Notes: generated by a model not told the origin, from the letters alone. A stretch of 46,906 nt of DNA from Circinaria calcarea (GCA_051942165.1 JAVECS010000015.1:1-46906); one strand, 5' to 3'; positions 24,201-38,184 are shown, counted from the first letter of the stretch. Program-made: numbers and translations.

Positions 24201-24375
24201 CAATCGTGTCATCGCGACCTTTTAAGTTTCTGCCCGTCGCCTGAGTACTGGTAAGCACTGTAAGGTACCAGCGCTACGAAGTCACCAACGGCGGAGATGG
24301 CGTACATTCTTACATCGTTCAAATGCTGCCAGTCCCACTGTCTACCTTCGAGATATAGCTACGAAGCCTCGAGAA

Positions 24376-25980
24376 ATGAAGGCTACAAAGGTCTTCGTTG
24401 TCACAGGCCGAACAGCATTGCGAAGCCTGCAAAAGAACTCCCTGCAGCTTAACCGTCCTTCAAAAGCCCAATCTTCCATATCGGGGACACGCTGCCTTCA
24501 ATGTCTATGGAGCAGCCGGCGGGGCTTTCATGACGTTGGCCATCGAAAGGCAGAGGTAGCGGAAGCAGAAAGAGTCAAAGAATATCTGCAATCTTCTGCG
24601 GATTCAAGCAACCCCGCCCTTTCCTTCCCTTGCCTGGATGCGCGAGAGGCAAAGACGGCCAAGCTCTCCAAACAATCCCTGTCGTCTGGTCCGGAGCCTT
24701 CGTATACAAGTGGCCAGCACCTTAACTTTCTCTCTCTCGAACCTCTCTTGCTGGACTGGGGCGGTATCTTACCCCAGTTCGCCATCGCTTACGAAACATG
24801 GGGCATGTTGAACGAGTCCAAAAGTAACGCTATTCTGCTACACACGGGTCTTTCAGCATCGAGTCATGCACACAGCACAGATATCAACCCAAAGCCTGGT
24901 TGGTGGGAGAAGTTCATCGGGCCCGGAGCGCCCCTTGATACCAACAAGTACTTTGTGGTCTGCACAAATGTTGTTGGCGGCTGCTTTGGCAGCACCGGGC
25001 CAAGCTCAATCGACCCGGCAAACGGCCAGAATTACGCAACCAGGTTTCCCATCTTGACGATGCAGGATATGGTACGCGCCCAGTTTAGACTACTAGACGG
25101 ATTGGGTATCCAGAAGTTATATGCCAGTGTAGGATCAAGTATGGGTGGTATGCAAAGTCTGGCCGCCGGTGTTCTTTTCCCAGACAGGGTAGGTAAGATC
25201 GTAAGTACAAGTGGGTGTGCGCGAAGCCATCCCTACAGCATCGCCATGAGACATACCCAACGTCAGGTCTTGATGATGGATCCGAACTGGTCTCGTGGCT
25301 TCTACTATGACAAAATCCCACCACACGCTGGTATGAAGCTTGCCCGAGAGATTGCTACAGTGACGTACAGGAGTGGACCAGAATGGGAGCAGAGATTTGG
25401 CCGCCGAAGAGCAGACCCACGTCAACAGCCGGCCTTATGCCCGGATTTTCTCATAGAGACCTATCTGGACCATGCAGGCGAGAAGTTCTGTCTCGAGTAC
25501 GACGCCAACAGTCTGCTCTATGTATCTAAGGCCATGGATCTCTTTGACCTTGGGAAAGAGCATCAATCGCTAATGGCGCAGCTCAGGCAACAGAACCAAG
25601 CTAAATGTGATTCTAAGCAGATGCACGGAGTGAGTGAACCTTCCTGCAACCTGACACTTCCGGAGAAGCCGTACGAGGAACAAGACGTGCCCTCGCCAAC
25701 ACCCACCGAACGGGCGTCCGCATCGACGACTGCGCCACCCGCCGATCTGATTGCGGGTCTCTCTCCCCTCCGCCAGCATCCTACCCTGGTAATGGGAGTG
25801 GCTAGTGATATACTATTCCCCGCATGGCAGCAGAGGGAGATTGCAGAGACGCTCCGAGCAGCAGGCAACCGATCAGTGACGCATGTTGAGCTCGGGGAGG
25901 ATACCTCGTTATTCGGTCATGATACGTTCTTGTTGGACCTCAAACACATTGGAAGTAACATTCGAAGCTTTTTAGATTGA
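24376..25980 (+). CDS. cysA: Serine O-acyl(succinyl/acetyl)transferase, MetX-family alpha/beta hydrolase, probably mitochondrial; intronless
   Basis: [10 protein letters not shown] (serine-type rather than the HALT of Met2), [10 protein letters not shown], nucleophile elbow GSSMGG, SDILFP, GHDTFL, and a basic N-terminal presequence. Confidence 0.85.
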   Translation: MKATKVFVVTGRTALRSLQKNSLQLNRPSKAQSSISGTRCLQCLWSSRRGFHDVGHRKAEVAEAERVKEYLQSSADSSNPALSFPCLDAREAKTAKLSKQSLSSGPEPSYTSGQHLNFLSLEPLLLDWGGILPQFAIAYETWGMLNESKSNAILLHTGLSASSHAHSTDINPKPGWWEKFIGPGAPLDTNKYFVVCTNVVGGCFGSTGPSSIDPANGQNYATRFPILTMQDMVRAQFRLLDGLGIQKLYASVGSSMGGMQSLAAGVLFPDRVGKIVSTSGCARSHPYSIAMRHTQRQVLMMDPNWSRGFYYDKIPPHAGMKLAREIATVTYRSGPEWEQRFGRRRADPRQQPALCPDFLIETYLDHAGEKFCLEYDANSLLYVSKAMDLFDLGKEHQSLMAQLRQQNQAKCDSKQMHGVSEPSCNLTLPEKPYEEQDVPSPTPTERASASTTAPPADLIAGLSPLRQHPTLVMGVASDILFPAWQQREIAETLRAAGNRSVTHVELGEDTSLFGHDTFLLDLKHIGSNIRSFLD

Positions 25981-27209
25981 CCTTCTGCATAAGACTGTGC
26001 GTGCAAGGTGGAAAAGGGATGTCTTGGTCTCAAGGGAACCGGGGTTGGCCCAACAAGGGAGGAAGATGGTGAATGCAGCGAGGCCATGCCTCAATATGCC
26101 TGCAGATGAAGCAGATCTAGTGGCAGACAGATAAGGTCTTGTAAGCTTATGCAGCCGCAGGATTTGTTCGGCATGAACTACCCTATAAACTCCACACCAC
26201 TCACGTGCCTGCAATGGCCGTGTACAGAGTCTCTTCGTGCAAGGTCTCCCAATGCAGTCGACCAGTTGTGCTGCGGTCGAGAGAATTTGATCCATTTACC
26301 TTATCTGCGGCATCCACATCTTCACACGTCACAGGAGGAGGAGAAGATAGATCGTCCATCTGCAGGGGCAAATCACCACCATCGTAGGAAGAGATCGCCT
26401 TAGCCGTCTTTTGCTTGAAGCCATTGAATAACGATGATCCGATCCGGGGGGGGGGGATAATAATCGACACTCGGCTGTTGTGTAAATAGATAATTGTACT
26501 GATCCCCGCGTAGAGTTGGCGCACAGTAGGGGAAGAGACAGCTGTCCGTCCATCCAGTTTCCGTTCCTGGAAAAAGCCCGACCGGGACGTTGCCGTTTCG
26601 ACTTGACGGACGGAGACCGAGGAGGGCATGATTACGACTTTAATCGCAGGGGGGCATGGCCACTCCGATAATGGACCCTGACTTCTACCGACGGTGGCGT
26701 ACTACTATGGTACGTATCCAGTAGTGTACTCGCTTGGCTGCACGAAAAAAGCTTATCATCGTTTCCCGGAAGCTGTGCGAGGAGCTGTACCAGTATGTAG
26801 GATTTTAATTTTAGCCTCGCGAGTACACATACGCAACCCTCCAACAGCCCGGTCACTCTCTCCATCCCTCCCATTTCTCAATCCAACCTCCTCCAACCTG
26901 GAAAGACCTACTCGATATCTGCTACCGTCTACTTCGCACATCATCAAAAGTAATCTTGAGTTACCTACCATCTTTCGTCGCCCCCGCACGGAGCAAGCAA
27001 GAGCTGTATCTTCAATCACACATTTGGTGTAACACCAGCTTCATCCCTGGCCAATACTTCACCCTCACAACCGTTTTGGTGAAGTCGGGCAGAATTCAGC
27101 AGTTCACTCCTTGCATCCTCCCCCTCCCTCCAGGATCCCTCGGATTGTCCCCTACTTTACCAAGCAGGCGACCCTCATGGGCTCCGGGCGTCGCGCCAAG
27201 TTGCCGACG

Positions 27210-28431
27210 ATGCTCACCTTTCGCAAGGCGGCGATTGTTGCCGCGTTGATGTTCACCATCATATATCTCCTACAATCCTCCACTCCTCCGTCAAACAAAT
27301 TCGCGGCGGAAAGTGTGGACAATGCCAAACCAACTGACCGTGGAGTCACCCACCCCAAGTCGACCGGATCACCCACAGGGCCGGCTAGCCAACTCAGCCG
27401 ACCATATCCACCACCGCATGGGCTTTCCAAGGACAAGAAGACAAACCAGCAGACTTTGAGCAGCGCAGAAGGAAAATCCTTGCCGGACCGATTGCGGTAC
27501 CAATTCCCGTACAATAAAGACGAAAAGTTCCCTTCGTACATTTGGCAGACGTGGAAGAACACTCCGGCGTCAGGAGACTTCTCAGACGACCTCCGTCCAC
27601 AGGAAGCAAGTTGGACCGAGAAACATCCGGGCTTTATTCACGAAGTCATTACGGATCAGATGGCTGTCCACCTGATCCGATACCTCTATGCATCAGTTCC
27701 CGAGGTACAGGAAGCATATAACGCCTTACCGGCTCCGGTTCTCAAGGCAGATTTCTTTCGATACCTGATTCTGCTAGCTAGGGGGGGTATATACAGTGAC
27801 ATCGATACAACTGCGTTGAAGTCGGCCGTGGACTGGGTCCCGAGTGATATGCCTCCATCTACGGTGGGACTAATCGTGGGTATCGAGGCGGACCCAGACC
27901 GACCGGACTGGCGGGATTGGTATTCACGCAGGATTCAATTTTGCCAATGGACGATCCAAGCAAAAGTCGGCCACCCGGTGCTGCGAAACATCGTTGCTAG
28001 CATTACAGAAGATACGCTTCGTATGAAGAAGCTCGGGATACTGACTCTCAAAAAGATGGACAAGAGTATTGTCGAATTCACTGGTCCAGCAGTCTGGACA
28101 GACATCATATTCAGCTACATAAACAGCCCGGAATATTTCAAGGTGGAGCAGAGTGGGAAAAACATCACCTATGAGGATTTCACGGGAATCGAGAAGCCCA
28201 AACGAGTCGGCGATGTTGTCGTCTTGCCAATTACCAGTTTCAGCCCTGGTGTGGGACAGATGGGAGCCAAAGGTGAAGACGACGAAATGGCTTTCGTGAA
28301 GCACGACTTTGAGGGTGAGAGACGATTTCGTTATGCATCTATTGGCATTAGAGACGGGCACGCTGACACGAATATGACTAGGTTCCTGGAAACCGGAGTC
28401 GGAGAGAATCAAACCAATCATCAGCGGTTAG
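27210..28431 (+). CDS. OCH1: Initiation-specific alpha-1,6-mannosyltransferase (GT32)
   Basis: N-terminal TM anchor, IWQTWK, KADFFRYL, GGIYSDIDT (DxD), GIEADPDRPDW, QFCQW, FSPG, HDFEG|SWK. A 3' intron spans 28316-28381. An in-frame upstream ATG lies at 27177. Confidence 0.93.
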
Positions 28432-29479
28432 CTAACTAATAAAACCACTGTTCAACACCCTTATAATCTGTCTACATCTCGCTTTTCGATTCCTTTCCCG
28501 CATATAGTATTTGGAGCGACTTCTCGGCATTAACACGGATTACGAACATAGAAGGATGGATATGGCAAGGTCGACTTCGGTCGAACAGTTACGGAAATAG
28601 ACATTTCTTTTCCTGTACATCTTCCTGGCTCTGGTATGCGCATCTCTCACACATTGTTCAAGTGCTGAATTCTGTGTACATTTCTGTTTGTTCCTGAATT
28701 TCCTTCTCGAAAGGAACTGGCATTCTCGAGAAGTGAGTTAGTACGGCGGTACACCCGAAGCTCCCAAGTCACTTAGTTAGGAAGTCAGAGGTACATAATA
28801 TGAGCTGGACTCTTTGATACTCTACATAGCTACCTGCTACTCGATGGAATTTTACAGAGATGTGACAAGTTGCTATAGCTGAACGCTCACCGCTTAATCG
28901 TGTGGTCCCAGCTCGTGATACTTAGGAGCTAAACACAGAGCTAGAAGCATTGCTTGTTGGATGGACACGGCGTCCACAGGGTGAAATTTGAGGGCCTGAT
29001 AAATCTCAGCTTTATCGTGCTGACAAGGGCATACGTCGCATACCAGGCAGCTGCTAAGTACGCTGGTGGAATTAGGGAGAAGAAGGTATTTCCCAACCAA
29101 CATTGGCATAATGCGTTACAGGATAACGATGAAACGTTACCTCTGAGCCCAGATCCTTCAACAGCCGCCGTGCATTTCACAATGACGTTGGGGAAATGCG
29201 GATACCCGCCTCCTTTCCACATCGTGCTACCTGATTCCAGGTGAGATAATCCTCGACGGTATGTTATGGACCAACACTATCTCCATTGAACACGGACGAG
29301 GTGCACGTCAGTGTGGAGAGCTACAGTCTCGTCACTAAAAAGGTGGGGTTCTCATTCGGTCCTCTTTCAATCTAGGCCTGGGTGAGGACTCAGGATGAGA
29401 ACGCAGTGGATAGCCCTCTATACTATAGGTTATGGCATATGGCTTGTGTCTTTATCTTCTTCGCTCTCTCTGCTAGAAA

Positions 29480-29650
29480 TAGGTTTGTGGGGCTATGCAA
29501 AAGCCACGGAGACTCTCCTTCCAGCAGAGAAGTTTCTTTGGTTATTCCGAAAACCCAATGTGCAGCTGTTAAGGGGCAATCTCGGGTCCCTCAAGTCCAC
29601 GATGATGTTGAAACTGTACCTAACTACACTGCTCAAGTATCTTTCCCTTC
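29480..29650 (+). pseudogene. Probable relic of a fungal N-terminal (HeLo-like/STAND-associated) domain protein
   Basis: The segment KFLWLFRKPNVQLLRGNLGSLKSTMMLKL resembles the terminal helix of fungal HeLo-like N domains. This is recognition from memory, not a search. No intact gene model surrounds it. Confidence 0.4.
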
Positions 29651-32600
29651 GTCGTATGTTTGATTGGTCCTACTTTCCCAGACCTATCTCAATTGACTAT
29701 CGACGTGTTGGAACTAACATCGTCGATGCCAACGAGCTTCTCGCCTTGAACTACAAACGTGCTTTTCGAGATTTATTAGATCCACCACATTGATCCGTAT
29801 TTGTAGTCTCACAAGACAATGGCCATAACGAAGCTATTCACAAGCTAATTAGTCCAGGTTGGGTGGTTTCAGAACCTACCGTACGAGCTGAAGGCTACGC
29901 GCAGATATGGGGTGTGCAGGATCGACTTGAGCTTGCAATCTATAAGCTGGAAAACCACAAAGTGGGAGCACGAACGTATCGAGGAAAGACTCCGGTCGGG
30001 ATACAAAGACATCAACCACGGAAATCATCAATAGGAAGACGAAATACCCTGTCATCACTTGTACGATAGACTCCTACAATTTGCGTTAAAGGAAGAGAAT
30101 ACGGCGCGAATAATTGCCACCTTTAAAATCCAGAAGGTTGGGTCCTCCTGGAGAATGGAGATCAAATAGCGAGTTGGCAAGCAAAAAGTCTTCTTACAGA
30201 TTCTGCAGCCGCACGGCGCCCCTAATGAATATCAAAATGTTCATGTTCTGTCAAAGCTCTTTGGGCAATCTTCTCCGAATCGTAATAATCTTAGGGCCCT
30301 AATTATCGGACCTTCAAACGGTGGATGGATTGTTGTGGGAGCATACACGACAACTATTGCTAAGCGCCGCGAAACAGGCTCCAATCCAACAGGAACATTG
30401 GGGGCCCTTGAACTGCGGCCTAGCTTGATACCCTAGGGAGAATACAAGTTCCGAGACTGATCATTTGTTCAGTTTACCTCAATCGAGTGCTACGCAGAAT
30501 CATTTCTCTCCAGGAAACGATCTTATGGTGACCTGAATGTTATGCTCATCAACGTCAGATCAACAAGCCTTATCTACCATAGAATGGTCGTCATCTGTCT
30601 ACAGCCGTGGGACGTCGTTCCCATGGACTAAATCTTCTGCGTGCAGCACATCCGGGACTTCCATTAGTCAATGCTAAATATCAAAGCTTGGCAGCTGCCT
30701 GTGATCTCGACGAAAGCGGGCCCACAGCGCGTTGATATGCAACAAGCGACGTACGCTCGAGCAGACAGAATTCATAACAGTGGCTCATTCATCATAGGTG
30801 CTTCGGTATCCCAATGGCCACCAAGCCCTGTATGACCAACTTAGGGCTCTCCAGCAGCATCCGCCCTGCTGAGATTCCAAATGCTTCGACTGCTAGTTTG
30901 GCCTATGGTGCCCAGAATTAGCACGCAGACTATCCTCCAGCTCACGATTACCAAAGGAAGAAAACTACCCAGTCGTTCCAAGAGCAGTATAACACCATAT
31001 CTGCAAAGGATAATATCCCTAACACGAGCAGTACACTCCCAGAAGCTCATTAGTCAAGTATTCCAATATTCTCGTCTCAAGAAAATGGCTTAGAGGACAT
31101 GCAAAGTTACGAGACTTATGGGAGAGCGCTGGACTTTGAATCCTGTAATTCAGGTTTTGCCGAGCATGATCGACCTGAGTTGGAACCTTGGCTCCGAGTT
31201 TCCTATTTCTGCCGGAGATGATTTCGAAGTAGCGTATAACAACTCGCAACAGATCCACCAACAAACGCTACACTCGCCACCGGAGTGGTAAATTGGCCTG
31301 AGCGAATAGCCAGCCTTGCAAATTTCCTGGCCCCCGTCCAACCCCTCTGTACCAGCACGGGGATGCAGAGCAACGCAAGTGATGATTCGAAAGTAATACG
31401 GATCTATCTAGTCAAATCGTCAATCAAATGCAAAAAGAGTGGAATTTTGTACCACTATAGAGGCAATGACCTTTAGAACTAATATAATAACCCTCACTCA
31501 CGAAACTGAGCCTCTGTCCAGCATCAGCCCGACCGTTGTTCAGACAGTACTCGTACTACAAAGCTTCAATTCAAGCATCATAGACGGGCATGATGCAGCG
31601 AGAACGCGAACTGAGAAGATGGAAGCACGTGGAGAACGCTGGGACGCCCCAGGAGGCAGCCAGGATGGTAGAAAAAGTCGCGACGCTGGAGAATCGTTGC
31701 TGTGAAATGACAGGGAAAAAGGCAAAGATTGGTGGAAGGCAAGCGGGCTGTCCTTCGGGGTAGACCACCGTATCGACTCGAACCAAAGGGTAAGAGAGAC
31801 GTTCAAATGCACGGTAGGTATGATTCTCCGTGTAGTGCCGTACTGTATTAGCTAGAACTTTACAACCACTGATAGGCTTGAATGTTGCCATTCTGCATCT
31901 TGCCTGAGTGCTTAAGCACCTTGGGTCCAACTAAGAACTTTTAATTGCCTCTACACTGAGATTCTAAAGTTGCACACCGCTATAGTCGGGTGACGGTCAA
32001 TTTATTCTCAGGCCGCATGTAGTTACATCCCTTTATAATCGATTCTCATAGAAGCACCCTAGGAGGGTTTCACGCTGGAATACCATAGTGCGGCCCCATA
32101 GATAACTTTTGCTTCCCGTTGTTTAGAGTTGTGTTGCCAAGGTCTATAACATAACCGGAAACCCGTCAATTGCGCCTCCGGCCCTGGGCTGCATTGTACC
32201 GAGGCCATTTACCCCGTGTTAAGCAAGATTGGCTGTGCTGTTGGTGTCCACGGTCAACACCCCCCAAAATGCAATACAGTGTACCACAATAGTCATCCTC
32301 ACTGCATGAGCGGCACTATCGGAGGTCATGGTTAGGCTCGCAGATCGCTTTTGATTGCCCCATCCTTTGACCATTGCCGCGAGATTGGTAGGAAATGGAG
32401 CCGGCGCTTTTCAGTGGGTATCAGTGTTTGATCATACTCTCGTTTGTCACACAAGCCATGAACTTCAGGCAGTGTAACAAGCCAAAACCGAGGGGCTAGT
32501 TGTAAGTGATTTTCCCTTTGCAAAGGTTCGAGAATTGACGATTTAACTACTAGCTCAACTCATACGCTTAGATTGTGTAACACTTCGAAATCGGATGAAG

Positions 32601-35147
32601 GTTCATAACCGCTTTCCAGGTACAAGTCCCAAGTTCCGCCGTAGGGTCGATCCAAGGTTCCACTCTTTAGAAAATTGTAATGTTCGCATGAAGTAGTAGG
32701 CCGTTTAAGCCTATAGTGATGTTCCCATTAGTCCGATTCGCAGCAGGATGTTGGTGGCTGTTTCGACCAAAGGTCATGAACTTACCGCTAAGCTCGCCCC
32801 ATTTCCTTGCATGCCCACTGATCCTGTGTGGTCCGTAGAAAGCCCTACCTCCTTGTAGCCGCTGTATAGGAGCTTGGACACAGGCTATCACGAGCGTAGC
32901 TAACGCGGTTCGGGTCTGTCCCAGTTGAGGATGACTGCAACGGTGGCGGAGATGTTAAGATAGCATGTATTTGTGAAGCAGAGTCATCATGCAGAGAGTT
33001 CGGGAGGGCCCAGTGGCATGGACTAACTCGAGTGAAGAAGTATGGCCTTGTTCGGACTGACTGTAACAGTATAGAGGGATGGCCAATCTGCTGCTATCCT
33101 ATCTGAGTACAGTCGACCTCGGAAGGACTTCCTAGACCAGCGTAATACTCATAGTTCATCTTACTCGAAAATAAAGACAAGGCAGGCCACCGTAGTATAC
33201 CGCCGCCTCGTCGCATGGCGTAGCTCTCTGATCAAAACGTCGTCGCAGGATAAGCGCTCCAAGTGCGGGCGGATGAGCAAACGCCTTGATAACTGCTTGG
33301 TCGGTAATATGTTGTAGGATGGCAGGGTCAGTATCGCCTGGAAAGAATCGGCGTGCGGGTGGCATTCCGCCAACGGTGACTGCGACAAAGTTCGTAGACA
33401 GAGCTAAAGTAATTCCCCAATGAGCTAGAGTATTCGACCGTAAACAGGTTGGGTAGCGGTACGATAGCTACGATGTCAAATATGTTCGTTGCTCGATTGA
33501 GGACATGTTCCATTAACCCACTTAGACCTTTGTGAGAATGTCCCCTTTACCTATTCCCGACCCTGCCGACCTGCCCCTTCCCTTACACAGTGATTGATTA
33601 TCCACGCTGCAGACTTGCGCCGATCAATTGATCTAGAAGGTGTAGAGTCTATTGTGGGACCAGCAGCAGGACCTGCCCTCTCAGCTGTAATCCAACAATC
33701 CTCTGAAGCTAAACGTCAACATCTGCTTAATCAAGTTATTTTATTAGAAGTGACACGAACCATGAATGGCATGAAATGGTAATAGGTCCACATGTCCAGG
33801 CATTGAATATAGGTGTATAAGATCATGAAATTTTGCTGCTGCTCTCCAACAGTCGTGCACTGATAAGTCTCTTCTATAAGCTTCATTACAAACCCTGAAG
33901 TCAAAAGAGACTGGAAGTGCTGGCCGCCACGTCTGACAGCCATACTGTGATGCGGAACAGAGATATCAGGACAGTTCAAGGATATAGACGTGCTATATGA
34001 TTGATTCTGATGCAGGTGAGCACAGATCGGTGCTCAAAGTAAGACGTTGACTTCAAAGGGCCCCTCGTATATATGTCAATATCATTGAATGTTATAAATC
34101 CATCGAGGTATTTGCGTTCGTAGTAAGAGACGTACTGCATGTATTTTGAGCGCAGGGTGCTCCCGGTACCTAATAACTTCCGCTCATCAGCAGCGACACT
34201 TACTCTTCAACCTCATTCTGAGGTGGCACGCACTTAGCCGTGAACCGTCCAATTGAAAAGGCTAAGTCAAGTAGAGTCGGAGTAGTTGCATGAAGTGCGC
34301 ATCATATATTGGCGACTATGATGAACCGGAGTTTCTGATCGGACAGGTTTATCACTCCTTCTGAAATCATCTATCTATAGTGAAATCGAGAGTGAGGTAA
34401 ATGATTCTAAAACCAGATCTTCGAAACTCGGGGTCGTTGTCTCCACTAGTATTAGTTCTTTTTGCCGTGGATCAAATCCAAAACGAATCATGAGAGGTTC
34501 AATTCAAAGCTGCGAATTATAGAAAATCCTTAAGATAGGCAAGATAAATGTCAACGGAAGGTCTGGGCGCTATAAAAAAGGGCAGAGAATGGTCCTCTAA
34601 TTATTAACATAGTAGTCGAAATAAAACAACGGTGTATAGGTTGCTTTACGATACAGAAAATTTGTCTCCTAGAAAGATCACGCAAGCTTCCTTTCCCTGA
34701 TTAACGATCATTCCTATCGAGAGTCATCGATGAGTACAAAGTAGACGAAGGCACGGTCCTATTGAGTAAAACGTCAGTAGACCGCATGCACGCACAAGTC
34801 AATTACTTCAGGCTGGATTACCTGAACTCTCAGAAGGACCAATCCCGTAAATTTTGTTTATGGAACTTTAGTCGGACGTCCAGTCATTATACCAAAACTC
34901 TGCAAACGACTGAAGCTCTTCCCTCAGGCCAGCATACAATAGTCGTTTAACAGCGACATGCCGATAAAAGGCTGTCCTCTGTCATCGTGCCTAAGGTAAG
35001 GCGTGGGTCTGCTAATACCCTTTTCCGCAGATGTAACTATTCTTCTCGAGGGTGCCTTTCCATGTTTCCTCTGGTAAAAGCGGGTTGTCTTTGGCAATGA
35101 TCTGACTTGAAGTAGTTGACAATTGTACGGAATTGTGCACTTGAGGA

Positions 35148-35939
35148 TCACTCATCAGTTCTGTGATGCCGATTTCTCTTCGGGCCATCCTTGTCCCTGC
35201 GATCACGACCTTCATCCTTCCGTGACGAATGCCGATGGTGATGTTTCGTCTTCCCGTCTAACGTAGCTCTCCCCTCTTGCTTTAACCTTATAAGTGCTTG
35301 AGCAACCTCCTCCCTCTTCTCCTGAACCAGATACTTCTTCATAGGGTCTTCTTCATCATGGTCTCTGATAAGTCTCTCTAACTCTTCCTCTTCTTTCAAC
35401 TGTGGCCGTCTCCCTTGCCCATCTTCACCAAGATGCACACTTTTACGCCTTCTCTTTACGTGAACACCATCTGGTGTTTCATTTCCATTCTCTTCAGCCT
35501 CCCTAACTCCTCCGGTATGCTTTTCCCCTTCCCCTTCCTCGCCCTCTTTCTTTTTATACCGCGTATGATCAACTTTCAATACCCTCCCGAGAACTGTCAC
35601 TCCGCCTAAGTTATCGACCGCCAGATCGGTACTCCTTTGATCCTCATACTTTAAAAAGGCGAAACCTTTGGATTTTCCAGTCTCTTTGTCACGTACAAGG
35701 TTGATGTGGACAGGTTCGCCGAACTGTGAGAAGATAGCAATGACATCACCTTCAGTGAGGTCAAAAGATAATCCGCCAATGTAGATGTATGCCGTATCAC
35801 GGTAGTCGGCATGCCAGGAGGCTTCGGTAGAGCTTCGTATGTGTTAGTATATGCAGTTATATACAAGGGTGTGAATGCCTTACACTCCGGCTTCAAGCTC
35901 ACGCTTGTTGAGCGCCTGTATCTCCCTGATGGTATTCAT
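35148..35939 (-). CDS. IST3: U2 snRNP/RES complex RRM protein Ist3/Snu17 (RBMX2)
   Basis: [40 protein letters not shown]...[26 protein letters not shown]...VDHTRYK. One intron. Confidence 0.93.
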
Positions 35940-36356
35940 TCGACTGCCTCACAATCAAGTGCCCGTATTACGTGGTTATATGAAACATATCCAGGACTGG
36001 ATGGGAAGTACTTCAGTTATGTGAAAGTACTCCGTATAGGTATCCCCTTTCTGTACGCCCGTATTTTGGTAGCTATTCTGTACGATGAAATCAGCCTTAT
36101 GGTACGGGGTGCGACCGGGTCCACGCTTGCGCACGAGCCACGACTCGAACGCGTTCCCCGGATTTGGATTCTCGAGGTGAATGCACAAAATACGATATGC
36201 CATATTTTGGTTCATAGATTATGCAAAGACCATTTGGTCTTGCCTACAACTTTTGGTCCAATTGCTAGACCCTAGGTACACCGTCCTTTCCAAACAAATG
36301 ATAAGTAATGCCCTGGCCGAAGCCCTAATTGCCAGTACTCATCTTGAATTTCAACA

Positions 36357-38184
36357 ATGAATCAATCGCACCCTTTCTCTTCACCAAGCAAACGAGCCAG
36401 GTCACAGGCCAATGAAGAAACAAAAGATAATATATGGTCATCTTTGCTGGACAGCGTAGCTAGCGCAAAGCGGCTTCCAGAAAAGAACCTGCTTGTTCTA
36501 GGTACGCTGGCTCAACATTTCCATCATATCCAGAAGCTGATGGAATCTCAGGCGGTGCACCGGAAACTCAAAGAGACTTTCTTGAAACGCTTTCTTCCGA
36601 TGGCTCTAAACGGCTCCATGACAGACACCGGAAGAAACCACCCGTAGCAAATGAGTTCGCCCTTGGCTACACATATCAAGATGTCCTCGATGCGGACCAT
36701 GAAGGTCGGGCAGCTTCCTCGTGCATACTTCGTCGTATCCCAGCGTTGATATCCCTCAGACATCCTTGTACGTCTCTCCATATATACCCTCCCAGAACCC
36801 TCGCCGTCGTTCGCGCCCTTATTGAAGCCACTTCTGAAGCCGCACACTATCCCAGACACACTCCTTCTCATCTTGCTGGACTGGGCCGAGCCATGGAGCT
36901 GGGCTCGTCAATTACGAGATTGGATACGCCTCGTGCGTGGTGTCCTAGTATCGTTGGACGATGATGCAAAGGAGGTAATGGAGGCAATCATGCAAGAATG
37001 GCAACAGCGGAGAAGAGGTGGTGGAGCATATGACAATGGTGGAAGTTTGAGTAATGAGACGAACGTTACAATACCACTTGGCCCTGGAGAGTGGGATGAG
37101 GCTTTGGGAGTTCCCCTTTGCGTGGTTTGCCATAGTGTAAGTCCCTCAAGTACTACCAATGGACTGTTGGCTAGGTTTAAAACGCTAACAAAACCGCTTC
37201 GTAGTCCGATAAGATTGATGTGCTCGAGAAGGACCAGAATTGGCGGGAAGAGGAGCTCGACTACGTTCTCCAGTTTCTACGAACAGTTCTCCTCAAGCGT
37301 AGGTTTTTGATATCATCTCAATGTTTGGAGGATACTGATTGGGTAGTTCAGATGGCGCGTCGCTAATATATACATCCAGCTCCATACCCAATTCTCTGCC
37401 TACCCTTGTTCAGTCGACCCTGGGGATTCATTCAACACTAAAGCGGCAGACTCTGAAGCACAATGTTATCGATCGTGATAAGATATTGATACCGCCCAAC
37501 TGGGATTCTTGGGGAAAGATTATAGTATTAAGAGATGGATTTGATGTTGAAGGCGTCAGCCGTGGCTGGAGCAGTGATATAAAGAACTCGAATCCCGGAA
37601 GGCCTGATCGAAATAGCATCAAAGGCACGAGTATCAACGACGAAGAGATCGAACCGGATATGCCTACTATAGAAAGCAAAAATGGGGCGGCGCTTCTGGC
37701 CTACGAAGATGCTATACAAGATCTTAAGAAAAGCAGCGCCTTGGCGGGCCCACTTCAATCAATCCGGCATCTTGACATTGAGATTCCAAGCACCCAGGAA
37801 TTCCTTGCGAGTCAGCTGGAAATAATGGACCACCTGAAACTCGAAGAGGAGCGGGCCCAGACCGATCGAGATAAGGGGAGGGCAAGTGGCCTTTCATCTT
37901 CGAAACATGATCAAGGCAGCGGTACCACCGATGAAATTGGCCGCGTCACCGACCACATCGGGCCTGTACAATTCAACATGGGCGGCATCCAAGTTGATGC
38001 GGAAGATATGCTGAATCGATTGAAGGATCGGGAGCGTGACAAGACGCCGGAAAGAGATAGTCCTACGTTACCTGCTCCTGACGAAAAATCGCAGAACGAA
38101 GCACTTGCAAACTTCTTTTCGAGTTTGATCAAGAGGGGAGGAGGGGCTAAGAGTCCACGGTCGAACATGTCTCATAGCGACTGA
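36357..38184 (+). CDS. Cytoplasmic dynein light intermediate chain (DLIC)
   Basis: IWSSLLDSVA, NEFALGYTYQDV, LLDWAEPW, LQFLRTVLLKHGASLIY, DRDKILIPPNWDSWGKI, and C-terminal ALANFFSSL. Four introns. Confidence 0.92.

Noticed and set aside
26446..26456. G11 homopolymer upstream of OCH1
   Set aside because: A common simple repeat with no evidence of function.
31770..31790. GGTTCGAGTC tRNA T-loop-like motif on the minus strand
   Set aside because: No T-stem pairing or cloverleaf.
34318..34364. ATGATGA...CTGA...CTGA, resembling a C/D box snoRNA
   Set aside because: Only 47 nt from box C to box D, with no terminal stem and no rRNA-complementary guide I could recognise.
36480..36580. Degenerate P-loop (GGAPETQ) in DLIC
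   Set aside because: A known property of fungal light intermediate chains, not a lesion.
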